DNA of 56,504 nt, counting the filler, from Somniosus microcephalus (taxonomy: Eukaryota): the NCBI GenBank assembly GCA_052327205.1. It is 3 parts of 3 records of this genome, joined end to end, with 100 filler letters (N's around TTAATTAATTAA, not from the genome) between each part and the next. Parts side by side here need not be neighbours in the genome. Positions count along the whole stretch, not along the records: positions 35,534 to 56,504 come from CM126203.1; 2 more parts are not named here. One strand, 5' to 3'. Positions 35,700 to 48,925 of the stretch are shown piece by piece. The number at the start of each line of letters is the position of its first letter. Position 1 is the first letter of the stretch. A program made the position numbers and the translations under genes. A model generated the notes under the pieces. That model made no database searches, had not been told where the DNA came from, and saw only the letters and a list, made by a program, of their open reading frames with translations.

Positions 35700-36705
35700 A
35701 TTTTTTTTTAAATTCGTTCCTGGGGATGTGGGCGTTGCTGGCAAGCCAGCATTTATTGCCCATCCCTAATTGCCCTCGAGAAGGTGCTGGTGAGCCACCT
35801 ACTTGAACCGCTGCAGTCCGTGTGGTGAAGGTACTCCCATAGTGCTGTTAGGGAGGGAGTTCCAGGATTTTGACCCAGCGATGATGAAGGAACAGCAATA
35901 TATTTTCAAGTCAGGATGGTGTGTGACTTGGAGGGGAACTTGCAGGTGACGGTATTCCCATAAGCCTGCTGCCCTTGTCCTTCTAGGTGGTTGAGGTCAC
36001 GGGTTTAGGAGGTGCTGTCGTAGAAGCCTTGGCGAGTTGCTGCTGTGCATCTTGTAGATGGTACACACTGCAGCCACGGTACGCCGGTGGAGGAGGGAGT
36101 GAATGTTTAAGGTGGTGGATGGGGTGCCAATCAAGCAGGCTGCTTTGTCCTGGATGGAGTCGAGCTTCTTGGTGTTGTTGGATCTGCACTCATTCAGGCA
36201 AGTGGAGAATATTCCATCACACTCCTGACTTGTGCCTTGTAGATGGTGGAAAGACTTTGGAGAATCAGGAGGTGAGACACTCGCCGCAGAATACCCAGCC
36301 TCTGACCCGCTCTTGTAGCCATATTTTATGTGGCTGGTCCAGTTAAGTTTCTGGTCAATGGTGACTCCCAGGATGTTGATGGTGAGGGATTCGGTGATGG
36401 TAATGCCGTTGAATGTCAAGGGGCAGTGGTTAGACTCTCGCTTGTTGGAGATAGTCATTGCCCGGCCCTTGTGTGGCACAAATGTTACTTGCCACTTATC
36501 AGCCCAAGCCTGAATGTTGTCCAGGTCTTGCTGCATGCAGGCATGGACTGCTTCATTATCTGAGGAGTTGCGAATGGAACTGAACACTGTGCAATCATCA
36601 GCGAACATCCCCAATTCTGACCTTATGATGGAGAGAAGATCATTGATGAAGCAGCTGAAGATGGTTGGGCCTAGGACACTGCCCTGAGGAACTCCTGCAG
36701 CGATG
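35700..36705 (-). mobile_element. Zenon-like LINE 3' fragment
   Basis: GVPQGSVLGP, FADD, through to the tail. Confidence 0.85.
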
Positions 36706-38427
36706 TTTGCTTTGCCAATTGCTGCTCTACGATGACCAGGCATGGTAAGCATTGAGTCTACTGTCACTCGATTTTTTTCACCCTCTATCCTGGACAGCAT
36801 GACTCCATTCATTCAGTATTTTTCTTATTTTTTTCTTCCAATGTGCAACAGCCTATACTTATCCCAAATGAATTTCATTTGCCATCATTCTGCCCACTTG
36901 CAGATGTTGTTCAGATCCTTCTGTAGATCTCTGCTTATTTAAATTCTACTGCCCTCGGTCCCAACTTAGTATTGTCAATAGATCTGACCAACTTATGTTG
37001 CATTACTGAATCCGTGCTATTAATGTAGATTAGCTTATTTAAATATTCGCGATGTTACCAAAAGTAATGAGCTGTGCCTGACCATGGCTGCTTATTCCTG
37101 TATCCTTGATCTTCGAATATGCATTTTGAAAGGTTTGATGGGTGGGGGGACTATTCTTTATGTAATAGCCCTAAATAAAAATCAGCAAAACACATGATTT
37201 GATTTAGTATCGTCACAAGGATGATCGAATCTTGCCCAATAATGCCTTATATACATAGATGCATCTTATACTTTGCATTTTGTGATATCTGCTGAAAATA
37301 TATATTTCTTACTCCCTTACAGAATGGCCATAGCATAATAGTACAGCTACTATTTCAAATTCAACCCAACTGAAAAACTAATCACAATACTCCACTGAAA
37401 TTTTCCACTGAAGTACCTTTAGGAGGTGGAAATGCATCTGGATAATGTTTGGCAATCATATTGTGCTCAGCCATCAATTAGCATGTGTGATCGAAATTAA
37501 ACATCTGCTTTACAACTGGCATGGAGTTATATGCACCAAAAATAGGGAATCTGTCAACATTTAGATAAAAGAAGATATAGAGGACTGCAAATGGAGGATG
37601 AAAGGTACCCGTGAGGGAATTACATTGAAGTAATCCAATTAATGGGCTCAGACGGCACCAACTGCAAATCATTTTGGATAATTTTCTAAGTTCTGAGTCT
37701 GCGCTGAATCTAAATTGCCTTCCAATGTTTTCCTCTTAGCCTTCTTCTGAAGATGCTGACTCATTATAAAGTATTGCTCCACGGGTAGCAGTCCTGTTGT
37801 ACCTCACTCAAGTGTGAGCCCAGGCAGTGAATGTCAACAGGTTATTTGTCTGTGGAGAGTATCACAAAAAAAGCAGGATCACGTCCTCAACCAGCTTCCA
37901 CATACAGGTGCTTCTGGGAGTTGATCAGTAGTGGATTCACTTGCTCAACAGACCATGGCTTGATAGAATAATAATATGCAAATTGAGTCCTGTTGCAATT
38001 TTGAGGCACCAATGGGTGTGGTGTGCACTGTGCACCCTCTGCCCTTTGGTATTAGGCACTGATCAGCCTAACCAGTGGTCCTTAAATGGACCACTGCAGA
38101 AACAGGTAAGTCTTCAATTTTTTCCGAATTTTTCTGGGGCCAGGAGGTGAAAGTGAATTATCCCCTCACCCCCGACTTTCTACAATGAGGCACCCAAACT
38201 TACACATGGCACTCTAACTGTGGCCCAACAAGTGTTTTGCATTAATTCATCATTATTTCTTTAATCTTGTTCTCTATGCTCCTATTTATAGAACCTAAAA
38301 TGCCTTTTTTATGGCTTTATCCACCTCGCCTTGAGACGTTTTTACTACATTAAAGGCACTATATAAATGCAAGATGTTGCTGTATACACACTTTCAGGAA
38401 TGATGTATTTCAATCCCCAAGTCTCTT

Positions 38428-39765
38428 AATCATCAGCAAAGTGATGGAAGGTGTTGTCGACAGTGCAATCAAGCGCCACTTACTCACCAATAGTCTACTC
38501 ACCAATGCTCAGTTTGGGTTCCAACAGGACCACTTGACCTCATTACAGCCTTGGTCCAAAAATAGACAAAAGAGCTGAATTCCCGAGGTGAGGCTGGAAT
38601 GTTTGCCCTTGACAGCAAGGCAGCATTTGATAGAGTGTGGCATCAAGGAGCCTTAGTAAAACTGAAGCCAATGGGAATCAGAGGGAAAACTCTTCACTGG
38701 CTGGAGTCATACCTAGCACAAAGGAAGATAGTTGTGGTTGTTGGAGGTCAATCATCTCAACCCCAGGATATCGCTGCAAGAGTTCCTCAGGACAGTGTCT
38801 TAGGCCCAACCATCTTCAGCTGCTTCATCAATGAACTACCCTCCATCATAAGGTCAGAAGTGGGGATGTTTGCTGATGATTGCACAGTGTTCAGTTCCAT
38901 TTGGAACTCCTCAGATAATGAGGCAGCCCATGCCCACATGCAGCAAGACCTGGATGACATTCAGGCTTGGGTTGATAAGTGGCAAGTAACATTCACGCCA
39001 TACAAGTGCCAGGCAATGACTATCTCCAACAAGCGAGAGTCTAACCACCGCCCCTTGACATTCAACGGCATTACCATTGCCGAATCCCCCACCATCAACA
39101 TCCTGGGGGTCACCATTGACCAGAAACTTAACTGGACCAACCACATAAATACTGTGGCTACAGTGTAGGTCAGATCTGGTTGGGTAGTCTGCGGCTAGTG
39201 TCTCACCTCCCGACTCCCAAAAGCCTTTCCACCATCTACATGTCATCAGGAGTGTGATGGAATACTCTCCACTTGCCTGGATGAGTGCAGCTCCAACAAC
39301 ACTCAACAAGCTCGACACCATCCAGGACAAAGCAGCCCGCTTGATTGGCGCCCCATCCACCACCTTAAACATTCACTCCCTGCACCACTGGCGCACCGTG
39401 GCTGCAGTGTGTACCATCTACAAGATGCACTGCAGCAACTTGCCAAGGCTTCTTCAGCAGCACCACCCAAACCTGTGACCTCTTCTAGCTAGAAGGACAA
39501 GGGCAGCAGGCACATGGGAACACCATCACCTGCAAGTTCCCCTTCAATTTACGCACCATCCTGACTTGGAAATATATCGCCATTCTTCATTGTCACTGGG
39601 TCAAAATCCTGGAACTCCTTCCCCAACAGCACTGTGGGAGTACCGTCACTACAGTGGTTCAAGAAGGCGACTCACCACCACCTTCTTAAGGGCAATTAGG
39701 GATGGGCAATAAATGCTGGCCTTGCCAGCGACGCCCACATCTCAGGAACAAATTAAAAAAAATAT
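38428..39765 (+). mobile_element. Zenon-like LINE fragment
   Basis: AFDRVWH, FADD, MEYSPLAW, A tail. Confidence 0.85.
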
Positions 39766-39869
39766 CAGAGCCTGATCTGTATACTTGAACAAAGACCCCG
39801 CTGCCTTCTGGTGGGTGACCCTCTCGCCTGCTCATAAGAGCAGGTTAAAATTGCAACCAGCTTGAAGGC

Positions 39870-40260
39870 AGCGAGATTGCTGAGGGCACACAGAAGAGTA
39901 TCTATTGGACAGTTCAAGTAATCCAGGGGTCTTTGCATCTGAGTCCAGTCTCCTTGTGTTATCCCTGCAGATAGCAACCACTTCTCACTTTTTATATTAT
40001 CCCTGTGTCCTGAAATCTCTTGTACTGCCTCTTGAATGACTACATTCTGGAGCATGATCCAGAAACTCCTCTTTCTCTCAGATTTTGCAGAGCGCAGCCA
40101 ATTGCTGCTCCGGCACAGAGATCCTCTGCTCCACAGATTTAATTTCTCAACACTTATTGCAAATGTACTGCCCCTGGATGTAATGAGGATCTATGATGAT
40201 CCACATATCACACTCCATGAACATTACACCCACACCATCCCTTTGTGTCTAACGTAAAAA
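39870..40260 (-). mobile_element. Possible degenerate CR1 ORF1 fragment
   Basis: Minus strand resembles the ORF1 coiled-coil segment at about 48030-48150. Confidence 0.35.
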
Positions 40261-40479
40261 ACGAGTGCCTAACATGGACTCGGACTTCAAGTAGGTTGGA
40301 ATTGGGCACCTTTAGTTTATTTTCAATAAAACATTCAATTTATCAATTAGATTTTACTTTTGATTGCATCAGTCTCTAACTTTATCTGTATCCTTGTTGA
40401 TTGCAGACAGGCTAGCTGTATGGCTGATTTATCATCATTAGGGCAAGTGATTTTGCACACTTAAGACGTCCCCCAACAT

Positions 40480-42243
40480 CAAAAACTGAAGTAAAAACAG
40501 AAAACGCTGGAAATACTCAACAGGTTAGGCAGCATCTGTGGAGAGAGAAACAGAGTTAACATTTCAGGTCGATGACCCTTCGTCAGAACTGGAATAAGTT
40601 GGAGATGGAACAGGTGTTTAAGCAAGTGTAGGGGCAGGGAAAGGGGGGAGGGGCAGGGAAAGGGGGGAGGGGAGGAAAGAATAAAAGGGGAGGTCTGTGT
40701 TGGATGGAAGGCAGCAGAGATTAAGAGATAAAAGTGATGATGCAAGGCAAAAGGAGATGGTAATGGGACAAGTTAAGAAACAAAAGATGACTAGATGAAG
40801 TGTAAATGGCAATGGCAGAATGATCGACAGCTGCCATGCGAGAGAGAATTAAAAAAACATTTTTTTTTTTTAAAGATGGGGCAGAGGTTATGGTCTGAAA
40901 TTGTTGAACTCGATCTTGAGTCCAGAAGACTGTAAAGTGCCTAATCGAAAGATGAGGTGCTGGTCCTCGAGCTTACGTTGAGCTTCATTGGAACAATGTA
41001 AGAGACCGAGGACGGAGAGGTCAGAGTGGGAGTGGAGCAGAGAATTAAAGTGACAGGCGAGCGGAAGCTCGGGGTCACCCTTACGGACTGAACAGGTGTT
41101 CCACAAAGCGGACACCCAATCTGCGTTTGGTCTCCCCAATGTAGAGGAGACCACATCGTGAGCAGCGAATACAGTATACTAAATTGCAAGAAGTACAAGT
41201 GAATCGCTGTTTCACCTGGAAGGAGTGTTTGGGGCCCTGGACAATGGGAAAGGAGGAGATAAAAGGGCATGTGTTGCATCTCCTGCACTTGCACGTGAAG
41301 GTGCCAGGCGAAGGGGAAGATGTGTTGGGGATGATGGGAGGAGTGGACCAGGGTGTTGCGGAGGGAGTGGTCCCTTCGGAATGCTGAAAGGGGATGTGAG
41401 GGGCAGATGTGTTTGGTGGTGGGATCACGCTGGAGGTGGCGGAAAATGATCCGTTGAATGTGGAGGCTGGTGGGGTGAAAGGTGAGGACAAGGGGAACCC
41501 TATTGTGGTTCCGGGAGGGAGGGGAAGGGGTGAGGGCAGAAGTGCGGGAAATAGAACAGACACAGTCAAAGGTCGTGTCAACCACAGTAGAGGGGAATCC
41601 TTGGTTGAGGAAAAAGGAAGACATGTCGGACGCACTAGTATGGAAGATGGCATCGTCAGAGCAGATGCGGCAGAGATGGAGAAACTGGGAGAATGGAATA
41701 GAGTCCTTACAGGAAGCAGGGTGGGAGGAAGTGTAGTCCAGGTAGCTGTGGGAGTCAGTGGGCTTATAGTGAATGTTTGTCAATAGCCTATCCCCAGAGA
41801 TGGAGACAAAGAAGTCGAGGAAGGGAAGGGAAGAGTCAGAAATGGACCAAGTGAAGGTGAGGGAAGGGTGGAAATTGGAAGCAAAGTGAATGAAATTTTC
41901 TAGTTCAGGGCGAGAGCAGGAAACGACACCGATACAATCATCAATGAAAAAGAGGTGAGGGAGGGGACCTGAGTAGGACTGGAACAAAGAATGTTCCACA
42001 TATCCCACGAAAAGGCAGGCATAGCTAGGACCCATGCGGGTTCCCATAGCAACACCTTTAATTTGGAGGAAGTGAGTGGAGTCAAAGTGAAGTTGTTCGA
42101 TGTGAGAACAAGTTCAGCCAGGCGAAGGAGGGTGATGGTGGAAGGGGACTGGTTGGGCCTCTGTTCAAGGAAGAAGCATAGTGCCCTCAGGCCATCCTAG
42201 TGGGGGATGGAGGTATAGAGGGATTGGATGTCCATAGTGAAGG
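40480..42243 (-). mobile_element. Penelope-like retroelement (RT + GIY-YIG), degenerate
   Basis: MGTRMGPSYACLF, FIDD, FLD, YKPTD..YLDYTSSHP; NLVYCIRCSRCGLLYIGETKRRL..RF.EH. Confidence 0.9.
40554..40590 (-). ncRNA. Minimal type I hammerhead ribozyme motif in the Penelope terminal repeat
   Basis: Minus strand AGTT-CTGACGA-AGGGTC-ATC-GACCT-GAAA-TGTT-AACT. Confidence 0.6.
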
Positions 42244-42302
42244 CTGGAAGAGTCCACCTAGTCTGCCCTCCTGCTCTCTTAGCAGTTGTATTTGATACAG
42301 TA

Positions 42303-42973
42303 GGGCTAATTTTAACCCGCCTGCCTGCCGGAAACTATTTGCATGCAGTTAAAATGGCCACAGAGGCTTTCCCTCAGTAATCTCGCTGCCTTCAATCATG
42401 TGGTTGTAATTTTAACCTGCTCTTTTGAGCAGGTGAGAGGGACACCCACTAGAAGGCAGCAGGGTCTTTGTTCAAATATGCAGATCAGGCTCTGATGATG
42501 TCATCAGAGCCTGACTGCAGTTTTAACCCGAGGTCTGTGCAAGGAAGCCTTTGTGGCTCCCCCACCAGATTGGCTCGTCAGCCAGAAGAGGCCCACGAAG
42601 GTGAATTCATTTTTTTTGTTGTTTCTTTGTGGGCCAAGTGTGGGATGCTGCTCCAGACCCCACAAGGAAAGTTTGAACCTAACCTGCCCCAGGCTTCCTT
42701 CCCTTCTCCTGACCATGATGCCCTCCTGCTCCCCCTCCCAACTACTTACCTGATTGCCTGGGGTTGGTCCTTCAGGTCTCTGGCGGTGGTCACCTGCTGC
42801 CAAAAATCTCGCTCCCGGCTACTGGGAGATTGCCGGGGCCTATGCGGATGAGGCCAGGGAGTTAAAATCTTCCGGGCCTTATGCTGAAGAGAGTTGGACT
42901 GTTCACCATATGCCTTGGCTCCCAGCCATGCTACTCCTGTCAGGAGTTTAATTTTTTTTTTAAAAATCAGCCC
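42303..42973. mobile_element. Non-autonomous DNA transposon (Harbinger-like MITE)
   Basis: Termini GGGCTAATTTT / AAAATCAGCCC; no clear TSD. Confidence 0.55.
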
Positions 42974-42989
42974 TTGTATTTCTGTTCAT

Positions 42990-43600
42990 GATAGTTGTCC
43001 AGCTTTGCCTTAAAGATATCTAAACTATTTGCCCCTACAACTTCCCTAGGCAAGCTGTTACAATAACCAATTAACTACCTTCTCAATGTTTCCCTGCATC
43101 CTGTCTGAACCTACCTCTCCTCAGCTTAAACTTCTGTCCTTTTGTTCTGTAGTCTCATGCTAGTACAAATAGCTGTGAATGATCTTCCAAATCTCTGGGT
43201 CTTACTATCCCCTCTCAGTCTTTTCCCTTCTAATGAATTGCATCTATTGTCATATATTTTATTCTCCCACTCCCCGATCACCTTAGCAGCTCTTTTTTGA
43301 ACCTTTTCCAACTCAGCTACATCTTTTTGTAGTATGGGTTTCAAAACTGGACACAATACTCAAGGTAGGGCCTGACCAATGTTTTAAACAATGGTAGGAT
43401 TTCTTCCTTGATTGACGCTCCTTTCCTCTTTTCATGCAACCAACATCCCATTTGCTTTTTCACAGCTGCCAGACATTGGCTTGATGTCTTGAGGGACCTA
43501 TCTAAGATCCATTTTCTCATCCATCTTAGTTATTTTCTAATTTTCCCATTAGTCCTGTAATCCATCTGCCTATTCCTTGTCCCCTAATGCATTACAAATC
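42990..43600 (-). mobile_element. Old CR1 fragment
   Basis: KDVAELEKVQKRAAK..KRLRGD. Confidence 0.6.
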
Positions 43601-44524
43601 CCATAAGTTTCTACTCGTACCGCATATAGCTTGGTTTTCGCCCAAGTACCACAATCTTACATTAAAAGTCCAAGAGGCAGTGAAAATGATTTCTTTTAAT
43701 GGATCGGAGTGATCACAAATCATTTTTCCAACTCACAATCAACTTGGGTGCAGCAGAATTCGATCTACTTGGTCTGGTTTGAGTTTTTGAGGCCTCGTCT
43801 TTACAGTGCAGTTTACAGTGCAGTGTTAGTGTGCATTATCAACAAATTCTGGTCAGAAGATAACTTACCTGCATATACAGAATATTAAAAATATAAAAGT
43901 GACTTAGTATGAAAAGCTGAAAGATAAAGTGCCATAACTATCACAAGGATAAGTTAAATGAGGGACGTCATCCAGCCTACCTAACTCCTCCTTCCATAGA
44001 AACCTACGAGCCCCCGTCACACCATCTAAATGCCTCTTGAATGACTTAAAGTTTTTACCTCTATTTAAAATACTGATTCTAATTCATTCCTTAGAAGAAA
44101 AAAAATCTTGACATCATTCCCATTAGTTCCTGGTCTTATGAAGTGGTCAATACTGTTATTGCAATGCTGCAGAGATACAGTCTGTAATAAGTGACAATAC
44201 AATGACACAGTATTTAGGTTAAATGCAGCAAATAGGTTAAAGGACAGTTCCACCAAATTCAAAGTTGCCTTAAAAAAAAATATCAGTAATTTGACATTAG
44301 TTCCAAAGCTGGTGGAATCAAAGCCTACAGATATCTCACACTGGCTTTTCAGTCATTAGAGACTGCAGACTTCATCTCATCAGTCACCGTTAGATTCAAA
44401 TCCAGATATCATAAGTGAAAGCAAATAGTATTCTAAATCCTGTCCTGCCTCATCCCTATTTACATTCCAGTTTCTGAAAAGTGAACAATTTGGAATAAAT
44501 ACTTTTTTAGAAAAAGTCAAGACT

Positions 44525-46462
44525 TTTTTTAAAATTCGTTCCTGAGATGTGGGCGTCGCTGGCAAGGCCAGCATTTATTGCCCATCCCTAATTGCCCTCG
44601 AGAAGGTGGTGGTGAGCTGCCTTCTTACACCGCTGTAGTCCTTGTAGTGAAGGTACTCCCTCTTAATGCTGTTAGGGAGGGAGTTCCAGGATTTTGACCC
44701 AGCGACGATGATGGAACAGTGATATATTTCCAAGTCAGATGTTGGGGAACTTGCAGTTGATGGTGTTCCTATGCGCCTACTGCCCTTGTCCTTCACGGTG
44801 GTAGAGGTCGCGGGTTTGGGAGGTGCTGTCGAAAAATCCTTGGAGAGTTGCTGCAGTGCATCTTGTAGATGGTACACACAGCAGCCACGGTACACCGGTG
44901 GTGGAGGGAGAAAATGTTTAAGGTGGTGGATGGGGTGCTAATCAAGCGGGCTGCTTTGTCCTGGATGATGTCGAGCTTCTTGAGTGTTGTTGGAGCTGCA
45001 CTCATTCAGGCAAGTGGAGAATTTTCCATCACACTCCTGACTTGTGCCTTGTAGATGGTGGAAAGACTTTGGGGAGTCAGGAGGTGAGACACTCGCTGCA
45101 GAATACCTAGCCTCTGACCAGCTCTTGTAGCCACAGTATTTATGTGGCTGGTTCAGTTAAGTTTCTGGTCAATGGTGACCCCCAGGATTTTGATGGTGGG
45201 GGATTTGGCGATGGTAATGCCACTGAATGTCAGGGGCGGTGGTTAGACTCTCGCTTGTTGGAGATAGTCATTGCCTGGCACTTGTGTGGCACGAATATTA
45301 CTTGCCACTTATCAGCCCAAGCCTGAATGTCATCCAGGTCTTGCTGTGTTCGGGCATGGACTGCTTCAATATCTGAGGAGTTGCGAATGGAACTGAACAC
45401 TGTGCAATCATCAGCGAACATCCCCACTTCTGACCTTATGATGGAGGGAAGGTCATTGATGAAGCAGCTGAAGATGATTGGGCCTAGGACATTGCCCTGA
45501 GGAACTCCTGCAGCGATGATTGACCTCCAACAACTACAATCATCTTCCTTTGTGCTAGGTATGACTCCAGCCAGTGGAGAGCTTTCCCCGATTCCCATAG
45601 ACTTCAATTTTACTAGAGCTCCTTGATACCACACTTGGTCAAATGCTGCCTTGATGTCAAGGGCAGTCACTCTCGCCTCTCCTCTAGAATTCAGCTCTTT
45701 TGTCCATGTTTGGAACAAGGCTGTAATGAGGTCTGGAGCCAAGTGGTCTTGGCGGAACCCAAACTGAGCATCGGTGAGCAGGTTGGTAAGTGCCGCTTGA
45801 TAGCACTGTCGACGACACCTTCCGTCACTTTGCTGATGATTGAGAGTAGACTGATGGGGCGGTAATTGTCTGGATTGGACTTATCCTGCTTTTTGTGGAC
45901 AGTACATACCTGGGCAGTTTTCCACATCGTCGGGTAAATGCCAGTGTTGTAGCTTTACTGGAACAGCTTGGCGAGAGGCGCGGCTAGTTTTGGAGCACAA
46001 GTCTTCAACACGACAGCTGTTGTTAAGGCCCATAGCCTTTACTGTATCCAGTGCGTTCAGCCATTTCCTGATATCACGTGGAGTGAATCGAATTGGCTGA
46101 AGACTGGCTTCTGTGATGGTGGGGACCTCAGGAGGAGGCTGATATGGATCATCCACTTGGCAGTTCTGGCTGAAGATGGTTGCAAATGCTTCAGCCTTGT
46201 CTTTTGCACTCGTGTGTTGTGCTCCGTCATCATTGAGGATGGGGATATTCATGGAGCCTCCTTCTCCAGTTACTTGTTTAATTGTCCACCACCATTCACG
46301 ACTGGATGTAGCAGGACTGCAGAGCTTTGATCTGATCCGTTGATTGTGGGATCGCTTAGCTCTGTCTATAGCATGCTGCTTCCGCTGTTTAGCATGCATG
46401 TAGTCCTGTGTGGCAACTTCCCCAGGTTGGCACCTCATTTTTAGGTATGCCTGCTGCTGCTA
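44525..46462 (-). mobile_element. Zenon-like LINE, 5' truncated
   Basis: Colinear with about 1205-3139 on the opposite strand. Confidence 0.85.
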
Positions 46463-46539
46463 ATGGCTTTTTAGTCTCTTTCATAAATACCCTTTGTGTA
46501 ATAGAACTGTGCTTTCATGCAGTTTGTAGTTAGCCTCAT

Positions 46540-46915
46540 TAATTTTTTTTGTCATTCATGGGATGTGGGCATCGCTAATGAGGCCAGCATTTATTGCCCA
46601 TCCCTAATTGCCCTGGAGAAGGTGGTGGTGAGCCATTTCAGAGGGCAGTCAACCACATTTCTGTAGGTCTGGAGTCACATGTAGGTCAGACCAGGTAAAA
46701 GCATCAGATTTTTTTCCCTAAAAAGGACATTAGTGAATCAGATGGGTTTGTTTTTAAAACAATGACTGAAACTAGCTTTTTAATTCCAGATTTATTTAAT
46801 TAACTAAATTTAAATCAGATTTGAATTTGAACTATGGATTTAAACTCATGTCTCCAGATCATTAGTCAAGGCACTGGATTACTAGTCCAATAACATACCC
46901 ACTATGTTACTGTTC
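46540..46915 (-). mobile_element. tRNA-like SINE with Zenon-like LINE 3' tail
   Basis: Minus head gtaacatagtgggtatgttattggactagtaatcc..gagtttaaatcc; tail ggctcaccaccaccttctcc..cccacatccc. Confidence 0.6.
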
Positions 46916-47241
46916 CCGATGTTGATTTTAAACAAGCCTTTGCACTGATGTAGTTAAGTGCTAAACTGCAGCGAATACTAGAAACTGTAATGAGCTTTTC
47001 CATATCAAAAACTGATACCAGAGATCCATTGATATCTGAAAAGGGAAAAAAAGATAGGTTTATGTTTCAGGTAGGGACTCGTCAAACAAAACTCTGGCAG
47101 CTGTAATGACCTTTTCCCGGATATTGCCAAATTACCATCCAGTACACTTAGGTGTAGTGAATGATGCAACCTGCAGAGGGAGCAATACACTTCACCCAAG
47201 CCATCACAAAGCTGTCTTGAAAAAAGCAAAAGCATCACCAT

Positions 47242-47880
47242 GGCCTGGATTTTGCGGTCAGCGGCGAACGAACGGCGCCTGCCGTTCATTACACTTACAC
47301 TTACACTTGCCCACAGACTTTGTGGGCTTTTGCAATGCAACTCGTGGTAAATAGCGTCAAAACAGCACGGTGTCCTCTACAGGGAATCTGGAACCTGTGT
47401 GAACAGGTCAAGCAACTAACTGTGTGTCTCCTTAACCAATCAGCTTGAAGAATCCTTACTGAATCACACAGTCTAAATCAGGAAGTGTAAGATAGAATAT
47501 TAAATGTAATGTCAAATCATGTATAGAAAGTGAAATAAAGAGGGAAAAAAGATGGGATTAGAGAGAGAGTGAGATAAAAGAGACAGAAAGAAAGTTAAGA
47601 AAGATCATTTTATTTTAAATTTTTAAAAAATTTCCACCAATAATTAAAATCTGAAGGAATGAGGCACTACACTTTTTAAAGTAATTTTTTTAGCACCAGA
47701 GAGGTTGTTTGGCAGTAATTTAAAAAAAAATTAAGACTTATCGTGCCATTAAAAAATGATCTACATGTGAATGGACTAGTCCTAACTTTTTTCTGGCATC
47801 TTGTGGGTATCTAGTGGGTAAGTGCAGCAACGTCACACCCTTCATGTGTTTGAATGCTGAGTCTCTCGGCGAGATACCAG
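47242..47880. mobile_element. Harbinger-like non-autonomous fragment
   Basis: Begins GGCCTGGATTTT, similar to termini at 7880 and 42303; right end not found. Confidence 0.4.
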
Positions 47881-47959
47881 TGGAGCACAGCTTCTGGAGG
47901 AGCAGGGCATGTGGGGACACCAGAAGTTCCTGTCCAATTTATTCCTTAATAATGGTGAG

Positions 47960-48925
47960 CGCTGATAGGCCTCACTGTTATTCTTACTGCAAAATCCTTC
48001 ATGTCTCCTGGATAACCACCTGTGCAGGAAGTGCCTCCAGTTGCTCAAACTTGAGCTCAGGGAGGGTTTCTGAGCTTGAGGAGTGGCTGGAGTCACTGCA
48101 GGACATACAGCAGGCTGATCATTTCCTGGAGCGACGTTCCAGGAGGTGGTCAACCCGCAGCTACAGAGAGTGCAAGAGAATAGTAAGTGGGTGGCCATCT
48201 GGCAGGGTAGGAATCCTCTGGGAGTGTGGCACTGTCAAACCGGTTTTCAGCACTGAATACCGGTGAGGGTGATGACACCTCGGGGGAGTGCAGTTTAGAG
48301 CACATCCATGGCACAGTGGGGAAAATGACTGTACGGGGGGGGGGCACAGCAAAGTGCAGAAATGCAGTAGTCAAAGGGAATTCGATAGTCATGGGGATAG
48401 ACAGGCGTTTCTGCAACGAGAGTCCCACATGGTGTATTGCCTCCCTGGTGCTAGGGTAAAGGACATCACCGAGAGGGTGCAGAACATTGAGGAGGGAACG
48501 GGAACAGCCGGTAGTCGTGGTCCACGTGGGAATCAATGACATAGGAAGGAAAAGAGTTGCGGTCCTGCAGTCAGAGTTTCAGGAGTTTGGGAGTAAATTA
48601 AACAGCAAGGCTTCAAAAAGTAGTAATCTCTGGATTACTCCAGTGCCATGCGCTAGTGAGTATAGGAATAGTAAGATAAGACAGGCTAACGCATGGCTGG
48701 AGAAATGGTGCAGGAGGACTTCAGATTCCTGGGGCATTGGGACCAGTTCTGGGGCAGGGGCAATCTGTTCCAAGATGGATGAATTGCACATGAACAGAGC
48801 TAGGGAAAATATCCTCACGGGAAGGTAAACTAGTACGGTGGGGGAGGGTTTAAACTAATTTAGCATAGGGTTGGGCACCAGGATAAAACATTAGAGAGGA
48901 GAAACAATGTGCACAGAGGAATGCA
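47960..48925 (+). mobile_element. CR1 ORF1 remnant (Cys motif, coiled coil, SGNH esterase)
   Basis: RVSELEEWLESL, VVKGNSIV, CLPGARVKDI, VVVHVGINDIG. Confidence 0.75.
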
